A stretch of DNA of 64,000 nt from Azolla caroliniana (lineage: Eukaryota; Plantae; Polypodiophyta), in contig JBHGNT010000018.1 of NCBI GenBank assembly GCA_043228905.1, positions 16,368,001 through 16,432,000 on the forward strand, read 5' to 3'. The notes beneath the pieces are model-generated. The model made no database searches and was not told where the DNA came from. It saw nothing but the letters and a program-made list of their open reading frames with translations. The translations under genes and the position numbers were made by a program. Shown piece by piece: positions 25,965-39,847 of the stretch. Each line of letters opens with the position of its first letter. Position 1 is the stretch's first letter.

Positions 25965-26752
25965 GACGGGATCACTTCTCATTGAGATCTTGGCCATGGA
26001 AAGGGTTGTTGAATACATGGTTAAGGTTCAAAAAAGTTCCTCACATCAACTTCTTAGAATCACATGGGAAGCAAGCAAAAAGATCCAAAAGATGCATAAA
26101 AGCAAAATTTTGTGTTCCGGTTGGATGCAATATATGAAAAAGTGGTTTGGTAGATAGGATGCAACACATTTGCTTCATGATGCATCGCTAGATTCCTCTG
26201 TAAATGAGGCCATTTTGTAATGCCAATGTATCATGACATGGGAAAAATGTGGAGGCTCACGCTTCATACATTATAATACACATTTTGCACCTAACTACAA
26301 ACCATATTCTTTTCGGAACAAGGAAACCGTACACATCGATACATATTAGAGCCCATTCCGTTGGCTTCTATTCGAACCATTGCTTCCATGCGACTTAACT
26401 TACATGCATTGTGATATGAGACAAGGCATTTGGGCGCAAGTGATGAGAGTGGTCAACTATGCACCCTTTGCCCCTAGACAATTTCGAGAGTCTGAGTACC
26501 ACACTTTGATACAATGCTCTACCTTTGATCATATTCGACCATGCTTTCCACATATCTTCGACCAAGCCCAATCCTTGCACAAATTTCTCTCACAACCAGA
26601 ATGTGCACTCTTGATTGCAATATTCATTGGTAAAGTTCTTGAAGATCGAGAGTCGCTACTCACTTTCACATGTATCACGTGAATTGTAATTTTTTGGTCT
26701 CATAGGTCATATTTGACCTTTGAAGACGATAATATAATCTATCTATCTATCT
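25965..26752 (+). mobile_element. 3' fragment of a second LINE (RTE/L2-like) with an (ATCT)n tail
   Basis: Post-RT C-terminal-like peptide (LAMERVVEYMVKV...WEAS; ESEYHTLIQC), followed by an atct repeat tail at ~26737-26752. Confidence 0.55.
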
Positions 26753-26754
26753 CT

Positions 26755-27905
26755 CTACAAATGTGCAATAGTACCGGATTGCTTGTTGCAAGTGGTGTTC
26801 CATTATGACCCAACACTAATGGTTTTACATGTAGAAAACACAATGGAAATAGTGTGATTGACTATGTGCTACTTTCTGAAGGTATTTTGGATTGTATTTA
26901 TAAATTCTCACTTGGTGAATGGACATCGGAATCTGATCATATGGCTTTATGTACTAACCTCAAATATATGCATAGGTTTGATTGTGAGAAAGCCATTGAA
27001 GATAATAAACCACCATACTTGAGTTGAACCTTAAGCGAGCGCCCATGTATTCCAAGATGGTTGAGGATATGTTACAAATGACAAAGATTAAACATGGTGC
27101 CACACTAGAATGCAAATGTGAAACTTTTAAGAAAGACATTCTCTCATGCACAAACAAATGTTTTTTGACCAACCACACATCTTGGAAATGCATCAAGAAA
27201 TGTTGCTCAAAGAAAACATGGTTTGATAAAGAATGCCATGAAGCTCGAAAGTGCCCTATGAATTTGGATGTAGTTAAGGGTAAAGAAAATTACCAAACGC
27301 ATTTGCATGAGTACAAAAGGCTTATTCAAAGAAAGGGAAGAAAATGGGAAGTTACTCAACAATTTCTTCAAACGCAAGAGAAAGCACATGCATGTGCAAA
27401 ATTTTGGGGAAATCTAAATCGTAAATGTGTTGAGAGTTATGGTGACTTAACTCTTCATGACTTGTTTATGCATTGTAAGAATTTATATGAGCTATCTCCT
27501 ACCGGAAAGATGATGTCTTATGGTTCTCTTTCACATATGTCTCCCTTCTTTACAATTGAATATATATGCATAGGACTTAAGAATTTGCCTCTCGAAAGGC
27601 AAGCGATATTGAATGTATAAAAGCCGAAATGATCAAATGGATAAAGAAGGAAACACATGTATGGATAAGAGATATGTTTAGTCATGCATTGCAACATGGT
27701 ATCCCATATGATTGGACTATAAATTGGATCAAACCTTTACATAACGGTGGAGATGTAAATAATCTAAACAAATATCGAACAATCATGGTTGGCTCGCTAA
27801 TGAAAAAACTATTTGGATGTATAATAGAATCAAACATAACTGCATGGGCTAAAAAAAAGGTAAGAGAGTGTATGGACAAGCTTGCTTTTGAAAATACTAC
27901 AATAC
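26755..27905 (+). mobile_element. LINE fragment (end of endonuclease to start of RT), truncated by an LTR insertion
   Basis: FTC...SVIDY...SDH endonuclease end; WFDKEC; W...IKPLHNGGDVNNLNKYRTIMVGS...KLF RT start. Confidence 0.75.
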
Positions 27906-27937
27906 TGTTGAGAATCAAGCTCAACATAGGGCAACGT
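27906..27937 (+). mobile_element. 32-bp stub of a Copia LTR start, immediately interrupted by a Gypsy LTR
   Basis: tgttgagaatcaagctcaacat matches the LTR start at 36630 (tgttgagaagcaagctcaacat). Confidence 0.65.
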
Positions 27938-30900
27938 TGTCGTGTTGTTACGCTCTCGCGTATGAAATAAGGCGGGGCCGCGGGGGCCCTGAACCGAGGA
28001 GCGTGAGAGAGAAGAGGGAAAGAGATTCATAGAAACACAGAGAGACAGAAATGAAGGAATCAATTCCAATAACGGTATAGATTACAGGCTTTGCAATGTT
28101 ACAACTAGCAAGCCGGTGACAGACTCAACACAGACGAACACACGCACTGAGATACGCAGTGGAGCCTCTACCGGAAGCACATGGGCTTTCACACAACAGA
28201 GGCAACCAACCTAATCCGAAATCCCCACAGGAGCCACAACGATAGTGGAGGAGAGAGCTCGGTCCCCAGTCCTACAACACTTCGACCTCTCGAAAATGCG
28301 CAATCCCCACTCACCCTCTTTTCCTCTCCTTTAATAGCACAAGGAGAGAGAGTCGTTATAGACTATTACATCACTTTTATTCTCTGTCCTTCCGGATAGA
28401 GATCCTCTTCGATTCCCTACCTAACGAATTTGTGCTACCTAGGATAATTACATCGTCGACTTGTACTTAACTATGTAAATACATCAAAACATGTGCCCGT
28501 GTGTGAGGGCCGGTTCACGCACACTATCCACCGATTCCTTCTAGGGACGGTTTTGTCCACGACATCTGCCCCCACCTAACCATACATCCTCTGGTATGCG
28601 CCAGAATAGACTTCTACCGGAGAAGACCGGCCCACGATTATCTTTCAATCTCCGGTTCGCAACCCGCGCTGAACAGGTCATCGTCGCCATCCATGCCCTT
28701 TGTGTCCGGTTCGTCCTCGTGCCACTTCTTGAACGCCTTGATCCTCTTCCCGGCCACCAGCACAACTATTCTCATTTCGTCGAGCTCTGCGAGATGGTAG
28801 GTGCCGTTGTTGTTGGCGCTTGTCACCGCGTAGGGCCCGAACCACCTCCTCGCAAACTTCCGCATTGCCTTGTGTTGGTTGTTGAGGCTACTATCATAGA
28901 CCAGAACCCAGTCGCCTTCCTCGATTTTCTTTGGTCGTAGTCAGTGAGTCTGGTCGAATCGCCCCTTCTTCTTTTTCCTTGCCGCACGCAGCTTCGTTGT
29001 TGCTCATTCTACGTCCTCTGTTCCACCTTCCCGTTTGCCTTTGAATTGTACGCAGTGGTGAGCGAGAGTTTAACCCCTAATCGTTCAAACAACTCTGCGG
29101 CCTCTTGTGCATCCAGTTCTCCACGGTCTGGTACGATCTTCCCTACGCACTTGTACCAATATACCACCTCCTCGATTAGGAATCGACACACGGCCGTGGT
29201 CGTCTTGTTTGGTAATGCTCGGTCCTCCACCTAGTTCATCAGATCCTCTTGTGCTAGCACCAGATATCGCATCTGCCCTACCCCCATCGACATCGTCACC
29301 ACATCCACCATTGACTTGAAGTGGACGGTCGGCGGGTAAGTTGGGTGCAGCTCATCCCGATGTCCGACTATGGAATGCATCTGATAGCTTTCGCAAGTTG
29401 TTACGAACCGATGCACGTCTCGGTATAGTCCCGACCACCAGCACTTCTCCTTCAGCTTCTCGAACGTGGCCCATGTCCTTCGGTGTCCGGCCCAAGGACT
29501 CTCGTGGTACGCCGTCTCGCTTCTTCAGGTGCTTCCATATGCTCCCGTCCCGTAGGAAGAATTGGTATGCTTTCTTTTGGATCCGGTTAGCCTCTTCCTT
29601 TGTCCATGCCACGTCTGGCGCCATCGTTCTCAGGAACCCACTAATCTGGAGCCACTCCCCCTCGTACTCGCTCTCATCAAACTCGTTAAGTGCTGGGGTG
29701 CTCCCCCTTCTCATCGTCACGTAAGCTGTCTCGAAGAAGTCCATGCCGACTTCCTCGTCCTCTGAAACCATGCCGTTTTCGTCATCAAACCTTGCTCTTG
29801 AAAGCATGTCGGCCATGGCGTTGTCTTTCCCGGAGATGTGTCATATCTCCGGATTCAGGGACTTAATGTACGCTATCCACCCGAGCATTGCCAAATCTGG
29901 CATCGCGCATCCGGAAACCATACCAAGAATCGGTAAGCAGTCTGTCTCTATTATTACCTCTGTCCCGATCAGGTAGTCTTTGTCGGCCTTGACCGCCGAA
30001 AATACTCCAGAGTTTGCGTTTAACTTGGGGGTATCCTCGCTGCCGTGCGCTAAGTATTTTCGCACTGAACCGGATGGGGAACCTCGCGCCGTTCTCACCC
30101 ATCCGACCCTAGTCGGACTCGTGTCTACGGTTACATAAATCGGAATGTGTTTATTGTAGACTGCTTTCCAGAGTGCCGGTGCTGCGGCAAGCGCTTCTTT
30201 CATTTTCCGGACCGACTCCGCATGCTCCCTACTCCACTCGAACTTCCACCCTTTCTTCAACAACCCATAGAGTGGCTCCGTGATATGGGTGTAATGCGGG
30301 ATCCAAATGTGGTAGAACGCGCAAGCTCCCAAGAACCTCTGGACCTCTGTAACCGACGTGCAGTCTTCCTTCATCGCGGAGATGGCTTCCACCTTAGTCG
30401 GAGATGGTTTCTGGCCGTAAGGCCTGCATAGGTGACCGACCACAAGGATCTCCGACTGCCCGAAAGATGACTTCTCTCCGGAGAGGGTGAGCCGCGCTCC
30501 TTGTAGTCTTTGCAGCACCTTCTCGTAGTCGTCGATGTGGTACGCTACAAATCTCCGGCATCCGTCCGACCCAACCGTTTTGTCCTTATCCTCCACTGGG
30601 CACCCCTTTATCAACATTTTTCCCAGAAATGGCATGGTGATGTCCCGGATGCAGTCCCTCAGCACCTTGTTCATCGCATTCACCATGTGCGCCACTGAGT
30701 TTGTCCCTCCCTGCGGCAGGGTACACATCCGCACTAAGCCAAGAGGCGTCCGCATCATCGTGACATCCCTACTCTCCTCGGCTAGTTGGAACTGGTCATA
30801 CCCTGAGTATAGATCCCCGACCGAATAGATCGACCTTCTGGCGAAGGCCGCTGCAAAGTCGTCGATCGTTGGTCTGACTCCTGCATTCCGAATAGTCACT

Positions 30901-30988
30901 TTATTGACCAGCTGCAGGTCCTGAATGAAGCGCAACATGTCGTTCTTCTTCGGCATAGTAAACCACCGATTCGAATACGGGGCACTCG
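27938..30988 (-). mobile_element. Truncated Gypsy element (3' LTR 27938-28564, PPT, deleted IN/RH/RT), related to 50723-57730
   Basis: TGTCG...CGACA termini; PPT (reverse complement of ctgcccccacctaacc); peptides close to those of 51390-54120 (MCTLPQGGTNSVAH, RKFARRWFGPY); internal deletions. Confidence 0.88.
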
Positions 30989-32610
30989 ATCAAGGAGCTT
31001 TGCGACTCACTTGGCTCGATAAGCGTCAATGTGGACGATGATGAGATGGTGCAAATATGCCTGGGTGGCCTTGCACCACGATTCGACGTGATGTAGATCG
31101 CCGTACTAGCACAGGAGAATCCGCCCTCCTTCTTCGATCTTCAATCTATGTTGTTGGTTGAAGAAAACCATGTTCGAATGAGGAGCAACGCCTCCGAAGC
31201 CCACATGCTCTACTCGCATTTGGATGGAGGAAGAGAACGCGGCCGTGCAAGAAGAGGTTGATTCGGCCAAGGACGAGGCGGACGAGGCCCGACTCACAAA
31301 AACAACTCACAATTTGGAAATCAAGACGGAAGCCATCGAGGAACCTTCGGAAGAAGGGGGAGCTTCCATTGCAGTTCGAACCGACAAAGCTCGGTTGAAT
31401 GCGGATATTGGGGAAAAATTGGTCACCACGAAGAAGAATGTCGTAAGAAGATACGCGAGTCGGCTTCCACTAGCTGACAACTCACCAACTATGCCATCAA
31501 CTCCGACTATGACGATCACGACCGAATGTTCGTGATGAGACATAAAGCGAATTTTATGTCGGCCTCTACTTCTACTAATGCCTCTGGTCTGGAAGACGTA
31601 CGGTTCGTCGATTCCGGTGCCTCGAACCATATGACTTCGCATCAAGAATGGTTTCGAGAACTTCGAGAGCCGGACTGACCCGGCTATGTTGAAACCGGAG
31701 ACGACACTACGCACCTGATTCGGTACATTGGCAATGTTCCGTTTAGCGAAGAAGGTAAGAAAACTTATATTAAAAATGTATTGCATGTACCAACTATCAC
31801 AAAGAATTTGGTCTCCGTCGGCCAAATTGTAGAGCAAGGAATGTAAGTACGATTTAATCAACTTGGTTGCTTCATTGAAAAAGAGGGTTGACTCATCGCT
31901 CGTGGACGAAGAGAGGGCCGAATGTTCATTCTCGACTCACACGAGATGAAATCGGCCATGTTCGCAAAGGGCATGAAAGCCGATTCCAACATAGAGTTAT
32001 GGCACAAGCAGATTGGCCATATCAACCTCCAAAAGCTCAAGGCAATGCAATTGAAAGGAGTCGTCATCGGGCTCTCGACATTCACAAAGAAAGAGATTGA
32101 AGGCGTGTGTGCCGCTTGCCAATTCGGCAAGCAACATCGGCACCCATTTCCGAAGGAGCGGAACGTGAGCAAAGGCGTACTCAATGTAATTCATTCCGAT
32201 GAATGGGGTTCGGCTCAGACGACGACATTTGGCGGATGCCGATACTACGTGACCTTCATCGACGACTTCTCTAGGCACAGTTAGATGTACCTGATGCGGC
32301 AAAAGAGCGAAGTGTTCAGACACTTCCAAAAATTCAAGAATGAAGTTGAGAAAGCCACGGGCCAACATGTATGATGTCTTCGGTTGGATGGAGGCAAGGA
32401 ATATTTCTCGAATGAGTTTACGACGTATCTACGGAAAGAAGGAATTCGACAAGAGTTTTCGTGTGGACATACGCCACAACAAAACGGAGTGGCCGAACGA
32501 AAGAATCGGCACATCCTCGAAGTAGCACGGGCCATGATGAACGAAAAGCACGTGCCGAAGTTGTACTAGGCAGAAGCCGCTAACACAAATGTATACCTCA
32601 TGAATCGGTG
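30989..32610 (+). mobile_element. Degenerate Ty1/Copia gag-protease-integrase fragment
   Basis: KELCDSLGSI; FVDSGASNHMT; LWHKQIGH...CAACQFGKQHR; YYVTFIDDFSR; DGGKEY; TPQQNGVAERKNR; many stops. Confidence 0.88.
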
Positions 32611-32611
32611 T

Positions 32612-33095
32612 GTTGCCGATACTGTTCGGTCATGTATTGTTGCCATTTTTCGATCCGAGGTAGTTCACTCCTTCTCCACTACTGCCATTGTACTCTCAAT
32701 TGCCTTCACTAGCGTTCCAAGCATCATCTGCCACTATTCGATCTGACGGAGTTCACACCTCCATTGCCATCATTCTACACTCAGTTGCCGCTACTGTTTG
32801 GTCATGTATTGCTGCCACTTTTCGATCCGAAGGAGTTCACTCCTTCTCCACTGCTGCCATTCTACTCTCACTTGTCATCACTATGCGTTCCAAGCATCAT
32901 CTGCCACTGTTCAATCCGATGGAATTCACTCCTCCATTGCCATCATTCTACACTCAGTTGCCGCCATTGTTCGGTCCTAGATTGTCAAAACTGTTCGATC
33001 AAACAGAGTTCACTCCTCTGTTGCTGCTATTATACACTCAGTTGCCGCCACTATTCGGCCTTGGATTACTTCCACTGTTCGGTCTTGGATTTGAA
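32612..33095. repeat. ~172-bp tandem repeat (two full copies plus partial ones) with internal subrepeats
   Basis: gttgccg...ctacactca units start near 32612, 32783 and 32957. Confidence 0.8.
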
Positions 33096-33579
33096 TAACT
33101 ATTCTATCTATTGATTATCTTGTGTATTGTTGTGTATAATCTTGTGTATTGCGGAATATTTTTGTGTATTGTTGTTGCACATAGCCATCTTTAATATGTG
33201 TCAGTTTTTCAGGAAAATTAGGGTTTAAACCCGTCAAGCCAAATGGAAGGGGAAGGAGGGTGTTTAGAATTACCCCTCAATGATCATTAGGATAGGGATG
33301 ACGCAATCAAGACACAACAATCGATATGAAAGTATTGGGCAGAAAATAAAAAACATTGTCAATTGTTGAAGGATACGAAAGCCACACTCACTAAAGGTAA
33401 TGATAGATTCTTGATTGAACTGCCGGATAGAATAGAAATGACCAATGATTTCGTGTTGTGGAACATTCTAGTGAAACACTTGAAGGAACGTCGTGCGGAG
33501 TTGGTCGAACGTCATGAAAGTTGAGAGATCGAGTTGCGAATGTCACAGCGCTGCTCGTCCCTTGAGAGTGCGGCCAAAG

Positions 33580-34595
33580 TTCATGATCTTAGAGGCGTTG
33601 GCGTTGGCCTCCGAGAGCTACTGCGACACATGGTTTGCATTCCAGATGTTAAGAAAAGATCATGCATGAGCCTCGGCATCGGCTTCACCATCGTACGGGG
33701 ATAAGAGAAGGTCATGGTTGCGCACGTATATCGTCCGAAGTTGTCGTAGGCGAGCTCGGTCGGAAGCTGTGGGAGGTTTGTCTCACAAGTGCCACTTGTG
33801 CTGTCAGTGACTGGATGCAATGGAGAGAGGACCTCCTGACCACTCGTGCTCTGCTCAGTGAGTGAGGACTCGAACATGCTTTCGTCTAGATCCGGTAAGC
33901 GGGTGTCGTGGCGTGACTTTTCCACGACAAGTTCTGTCACCTTTCGGGATTCTGCCCGAGTCTGGGGTTTACCTTTGCGATTTTCTTCTTTGCTACCTCT
34001 ATGGCTAGAAGACATCCATTCCTCGATGTTCAGTTGTGCTCGTCACAAATCTTCAAGCGTGCCAAAAGTTTTACCGATTAGGGTGACACTGCACCGAGTC
34101 CCTAGCCTTTCGAGGTTCGACTTCAAGGAAATCATGGTTCAGGAATGGGAGAGTATGCCGTAACTGTGATATGGGTGACTATACACTGGCCTCGTAAGTG
34201 TTGACTTAATTGTGGAGACTATGGAGATTAGGAAGACGGTTACAACCGTCTTCTTACGCCCTAGCACATGTGTATATGGCTCAACACAGAGAAAATAAGC
34301 TTCGCATGAACAAATACTAACAGTTACATGACACAGAGAGTCCGACAATTAAATACTATATTGTAGATGTTGAATACAAAATTACAACTTTTCCATGCCA
34401 TTTATATACAGGCTCATGGGTGGTTACGCTCGGTGTGTGAACCGTCACTTTTTCTTAAAATATTAATTACGCTTCAACTGTCCCTATGCTATAATGGATG
34501 TTATGGCCCCACTCGCCTTCTTCGCTTGCCATAAACGTCCTTTTGTCTTTTCTCCTTCTCAACATTTCCCACTTGGTCGTCCAAGGCGTCCAAGA
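33580..34595 (-). mobile_element. Relic 5' end of another non-chromoviral Gypsy element (LTR ~34065-34595, PBS TGGCACGC, start of a gag-like ORF)
   Basis: On the minus strand, gtaaaacttttggcacgc (~34054-34071) precedes ORF 33581..34015. TATA-like tatataaa near 34401-34408. The putative LTR start resembles that of 2026 (caagtgggaa). Confidence 0.5.
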
Positions 34596-34680
34596 GCATA
34601 GGGTTCCCTACAACCCAAAAGAAAATGGAATCGCTGAACGGAAGAACATGACTCTACTTGATGCAAGTAGATGTATGTTA

Positions 34681-36228
34681 TGTTGGGAATTCGGTCCCTC
34701 TAGATGGGATCCGGATGAGAACTGGACGAGTTGAAGGAAGGAACTGAATAGGACGGATCTATTGTGAACAGGACCCAGGGACATATCTGTAAATATGTTC
34801 TAATGTGCTTGTCATGGCCATATTTGTAAATAGCCCTAAAGTTATATAAGTATAAATATGACTTAGGGCAAACACTTTGTGAAGGTTGTCAAACACTTTG
34901 TTGGTGTTATTATTATTGTACAAAAGAGAGAGACTAAGAGAGAGGGAAATATACAAAAATTATCTTTTGTTGTAACTGCCGGTTGACGAAGCTAGAGCTG
35001 GAGGTCATTGCCTCTGAGTCTCACAGTGTTGTACCCCTTATCTATAATGACAGTTGGAGTCTGTGGGCTCCCGTGGTTTTTCCCTATTAGGGTTTTCCAC
35101 ATAAACATCTATTGTCGTCTCATACTGTATAAGTGCATTAATCGTATTTCAATTATTTTCTACTTTCTTCCATGAAGTGATTGAGACTTGGTTGTGGCCG
35201 AGTGCTATTCCACACAAACTGGTATTAGAGCCAAGGTTCTAAACCTTGAAGAAAAGGGAAGAGTCATTCGGAAGTATGTTCAAGCTCACCGACTCCAACT
35301 ACCCAATGTGGAAGTCGAAGATGAGGGACATGTTCGTGGTCAAAGATCTATGGTAGTCGGTACAGTTTGGGTACAAAAAACTGAACAAGATCGATGCCAC
35401 GACGTGGGAGGTTATGCACATGAAGACGACTGCATAGATCTGGTGTTTCATTGACATGAGCATGTACAACAACTTCAATGAAGAAAGCAAGGCTCATGTG
35501 CTTTGGGAGAAAATCGGCACCATGCTGGAGGGTAAAAATGTCGTTAATCGGGTTTCGATATTCTGGAAGTTAGTGAGACTCCGGTACCAAGAAGGATCTA
35601 GCATGGCGGAGCACATGAATGCATTCTAGGGGTTCATAAATCAAACAACCTTGTTGGAAGTACCTCTAGTTGACGAGGTACTTGCGTTCCTCTTGCTTGG
35701 TTCCCTCCCGGATAGTTGGGAGACACTAGTTGTTACTTTGGGCAACACCGGACCGGAAGGAAAACAATTGTCCCTAGCCAAGGTAAAATCAGGCTTGCTA
35801 GATGAAGAAGCTCGCCAGAAGGACTGGAAGTCCAGAACCAATCCAAAGGCCTTGGTCACGGAAGTTGACCGAAACCGGGGAAGAGGCCGGAATCAGAGTC
35901 CCGAAAACCGGGACAAATCGGGGACGAGGTTGAAGTCAAGGGGGAGGCCCACATGCTTTTATTGCGGAAAGTTGGGGTACTTCCAGAAGAACTATCGACA
36001 CTTCCGGAAAACCAAAGGGGGAGCCGACATTCCGGAACCGAAGAAGATTTCGAAAAGGAGAGGAACATCGACGATCGCAACAAGTGAAGAAGAACTGTTA
36101 CTAATCACCGAGGAGAGTGAGTTGCATCTTGCCAGCGATGAAACGACATGGGTGGTCGACTCCGGAGTGTCGTTCCATCTGACTCTCGACCGGAAGTGCT
36201 TCTTATCATACAGAGCCGGAGATCATGG
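34681..36228 (+). mobile_element. Truncated Ty1/Copia (5' LTR 34681-35216, PBS-Met at 35220, degenerate gag-protease); same family as 43837
   Basis: TG...CA LTR homologous to 43837-44406; tggtattagagcc; LLLGSLPDSWETLV, CFYCGKLGY, WVVDSGVSFH. It directly follows a Copia integrase scrap (PYNPKENGIAERKN, ~34596-34680). Confidence 0.85.
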
Positions 36229-36618
36229 TCAGAGCCAGGACATGGTCAGAAGTGGTCAATTGCCTGAAGAAGAAGGAGGAATTGGAGACAACCAATTCAG
36301 ACAAGAGCAGGAATGAATTGGAGACAACTGATTCGGTCGAGTCGAATCACATGAAGGCCAAGCGAATGAGAAGGCAGCCAAAGCCAACACCAAAATGAAA
36401 GAGCAAACAGGTCGAGTGGCGATGGTACTGTGATAACGAGGGAGCTAAGAAGTGCTTGATAGGTCGGGGTGCTTGGAACTAGAGGGGTCAAGAAGCGTTG
36501 GACTAGAGGGGTCGTGGAACGTGGGACTAGACTAGACAAGGAGCACGAGCAAGGCATGAAGACGCTAGGAGTAGTCGAGGCGAAGAACTGACAGAGTTGA
36601 AGGTACCTCAAGTTGAGC

Positions 36619-37072
36619 TTGAGGGGGAGTGTTGAGAAGCAAGCTCAACATGGGCCGGATCGGATGAAGACCGATTGGCCAGGCCCAGATCGGATCGAAG
36701 AGCAGGATCAAAAGAAGACCGATCGGAGAGCTGGATCCGTAGAAAACTGACATGATGTTAGACTTCTATGCTCCTACTGTAGTAGGTAGTTATATTTTTG
36801 GGAGTTGGTGTCAGTAGCTCGTTTATGAGCATTGAAGTACTTGTTAGTACTTCTGTAAGTCCTTTAAGGGCTTGTATAGAAGTGATCTCAGAGCACATTT
36901 GTATGTATAGACCATATTATTGTTTTTTTAATAAAGTTTTATCTTCTGCTCTCTCTGTCTCTCCCACACAGTATGAATCTCCATTGTTTCTCTGTGTTGT
37001 CTCTGTTGTTGTCTAGTTGAGCCGGTTGTGTTCTATTTAGCTTCTGCACGTAAATCTTTTCAGTCCTTAACA
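36619..37072 (+). mobile_element. Copia PPT and 3' LTR (36630-~37072)
   Basis: ttgagggggag PPT followed by tgttgag; similar to the LTR at 917-1365. The right boundary is ambiguous with the following Gypsy relic. Confidence 0.75.
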
Positions 37073-39476
37073 GGCAAATTGGCTCAGTGGACATTACTAC
37101 TTCAAGAGTTTGAATTTGAAATTTATCATAAACTAGGAGCAACATATGGTGGTTCATTACCTGAGTCAACTTGAATCAGGCAAAATAGGCGAAGGTGTAA
37201 AAGACGACTTTCCAAATGGACGATTGTTTCACATCGATGCAACCAATTCGGATGACCTAGATCAAGAACCCGAGGACAAGTGGATACGCAACATGTTCGG
37301 TTTTCTCACCACTGGGTTACCACCTGAGGGAATGGTGCAAGATGAGAAGAAGAGACTTCCAATTTGCAACCATAATTTTTGTGTACTTCATGAAACTTTA
37401 TATCATAAGGGTGCACATGAGATTTGGCGACGAGCCATACAACAATTCAGAAAAGAAGAAATACTACGCGAGCCACATTGCGAAACAGTTGGAGGGCATT
37501 ATGCCAGTAAGGCAACGACCAAGAAAATATGGCACAATGGACTATGATGGCCAACGAAGATGAAAGACGCGGCCAAATACTGTAAGGAATGCGACCTATG
37601 ATAGAGGATGGGCCAACCTATGGAGAAGGCCTGCATGTTGCGCTAGCCGGTTATGCCTTTGGAGCCATTCCAAAAATGGGGTTTAGATTTTGTCAGTCCT
37701 TTCAAACTAGTGGCGGCATGCATAGGAAACAAATACGTCATCGTCGCCACTTACTATTGCACGAACTGGGTGGAAGCCCATGCATTGCGTGACAATATGG
37801 CTACATGAACAACAAAATTCATGTCTAAGAATATCTAGTGCCAATTTGGCTATCCAATTGAGTTGAACAATAAGCAAGGGGGTCATTTCATCAACAAGGT
37901 GGTGCAAGGACTTACGTGCCACTATGTCGTCATTCACAAGGAAAGTATGCCATATTATCCTTAGGCTAATGGATTAGTTGAGTCGATGAACAAGACCCTA
38001 CAAAAAATTCTACAGAAAATAGTGAATGAAAATCAAACGGATTGGGACCTAAAATTGCATAGTGCTCTTTAGGCTTATCGAAATATCTATAAAACTAGTA
38101 TACATACGACCCCATTTCGACTAGCTTTTGGTTTAAAGGCAGTCATGCCAATAGAGTTTCAAGTGTGGAGCTTGAGGGTGCAGATTATTGAACGGCTATA
38201 TGAACACGAATCCGAACAGAAGCAACTAGAATGGTTGCTAGAGCTCGAAGAGGAGCGGATACATAGCTTATGGAAACTGAAGCACAACCAAAGATGCCGA
38301 AAACCATTTGTCGACCAATTTCAGAAAAAGAATGGAAAAATGTTCACAATCGGCAAGCCAATATTACTCTTTCAAACTAAAATGGGCCTAATTCCGGGGA
38401 AATTAAGGTTTTGGTGGACGAGAGACCCTATTGGATTACAGATGCCATAAACGGGACATATCAGTTGGGTACACTAGCCGGGGAAGTCTTGCCAAAATGG
38501 ACCAATGGATTTCGATTTAACCCTTATGTTGGGCCAAAACCCCCTAAGCCATTCCCACATGAGAGTTGGAAAGCTGACAAAGAAGATGCTATAATGGATG
38601 AAGTTAGAATGATCGGAAAACTTCCAACAGAATCAACCTCGGGAGGAGGACTTCATCTGACTTAAGCCGAAAAGGTTTAAACTGCAATATTCCTGTACTA
38701 TACATGTATATTACCATTCTTTTTCCATTACACATTCTTTTCCGTTACACATTATTGAAAAAAAACAAAAAACTATCGGGGTAGATATTACATTAATGGC
38801 TATTTAAAGATTCCCTTACCATTACTTCAAGCTGCCACAGGCTGAAAAAGAAGATGGAGAAAAGAATAATAAATAAGGACAAAACATTATAATTTCGCCA
38901 CAGACACAGAAGCACACAAAGAACGCAACATTTTTTGTAGACTCGAACATTCGATCACACAGACAACCAAGTTCTTCGGCGCCCAATCGTAGAAATGACG
39001 ATCGAAATGATGCCTCAACTCTAGACATGGCTACAAAGGAATGGTCTCCGTGGATTTCTAAGGATTGTTGAAGTTGAACCTCATTGAATGGCAACAGAAA
39101 TCAACCACAAAGACGATTCGCGAATCAACCATCCAAATAGATAATCTCACCACAAAGACGATTCGCGACATGCTAGGCCTGAAACAAGAAGGCGTAGATC
39201 AAATGGAGGTCCTTGATGCCGACATGCTTGAGTCATATTTTCGGAGAATACTCAACTTTGGCGAAGGCATACCAAACACAGGGTGGCCTAGACGCTTTAT
39301 ACCGAGAAGTGGCCAAGTTCCTGCCTGAGACTGGATGCTTATATCCGAAGACGTATGCCATGCCCAAAAGCAATTCTAGATTCATTATTGTGACATATCA
39401 AGGAGTCAAGAGCGAGTGGGGTTTCATCACAGCTGAGGCCCTCTGCGGAGGTATTGTGGCACTCCATGCCCAAAAG
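37063..39476 (+). mobile_element. Decayed Gypsy relic (RNase H end, integrase, ORF3 N-terminus), related to 2026-11803
   Basis: [61 protein letters not shown] all align to pol 4304..8401; ORF3 homology at 38995-39476. Confidence 0.88.
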
Positions 39477-39847
39477 TGTCAAATACGAGTATATACTGGC
39501 CGTATTCACATTGTCCCACTTGGACAGACTAGGTTTAGGAGAATTATGTAAATATGTCAAAGGACAGTTGCCCTAACCCAGTTAGTATATAACTGGCTTT
39601 GTAACCTAGTTCAAGAGAGTTGCCATCCTTTGATTGTAACATTTAGAATAATACATTTATATTGTGTGCCTCTTTGTCTCTCTCACAGTCTGTCTTTAAT
39701 CTTGATTTTCATCAAGTTGTCTTATTCATCTTTGTTTCAATCTATCCAAGTTGATTCTACCATCATCAACTTGGTGTACTTCAACACCTACATGTTGTTT
39801 CTGATTCCATATTGACGGCCTCATCTCCAATATTTGGTATTAGAGCT
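39477..39847 (+). mobile_element. LTR (~39477-39832) with PBS-Met of another element, truncating the ORF3 relic
   Basis: TG start at 39477; tatataa near 39586; tggtattagagct at 39835. Confidence 0.6.
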
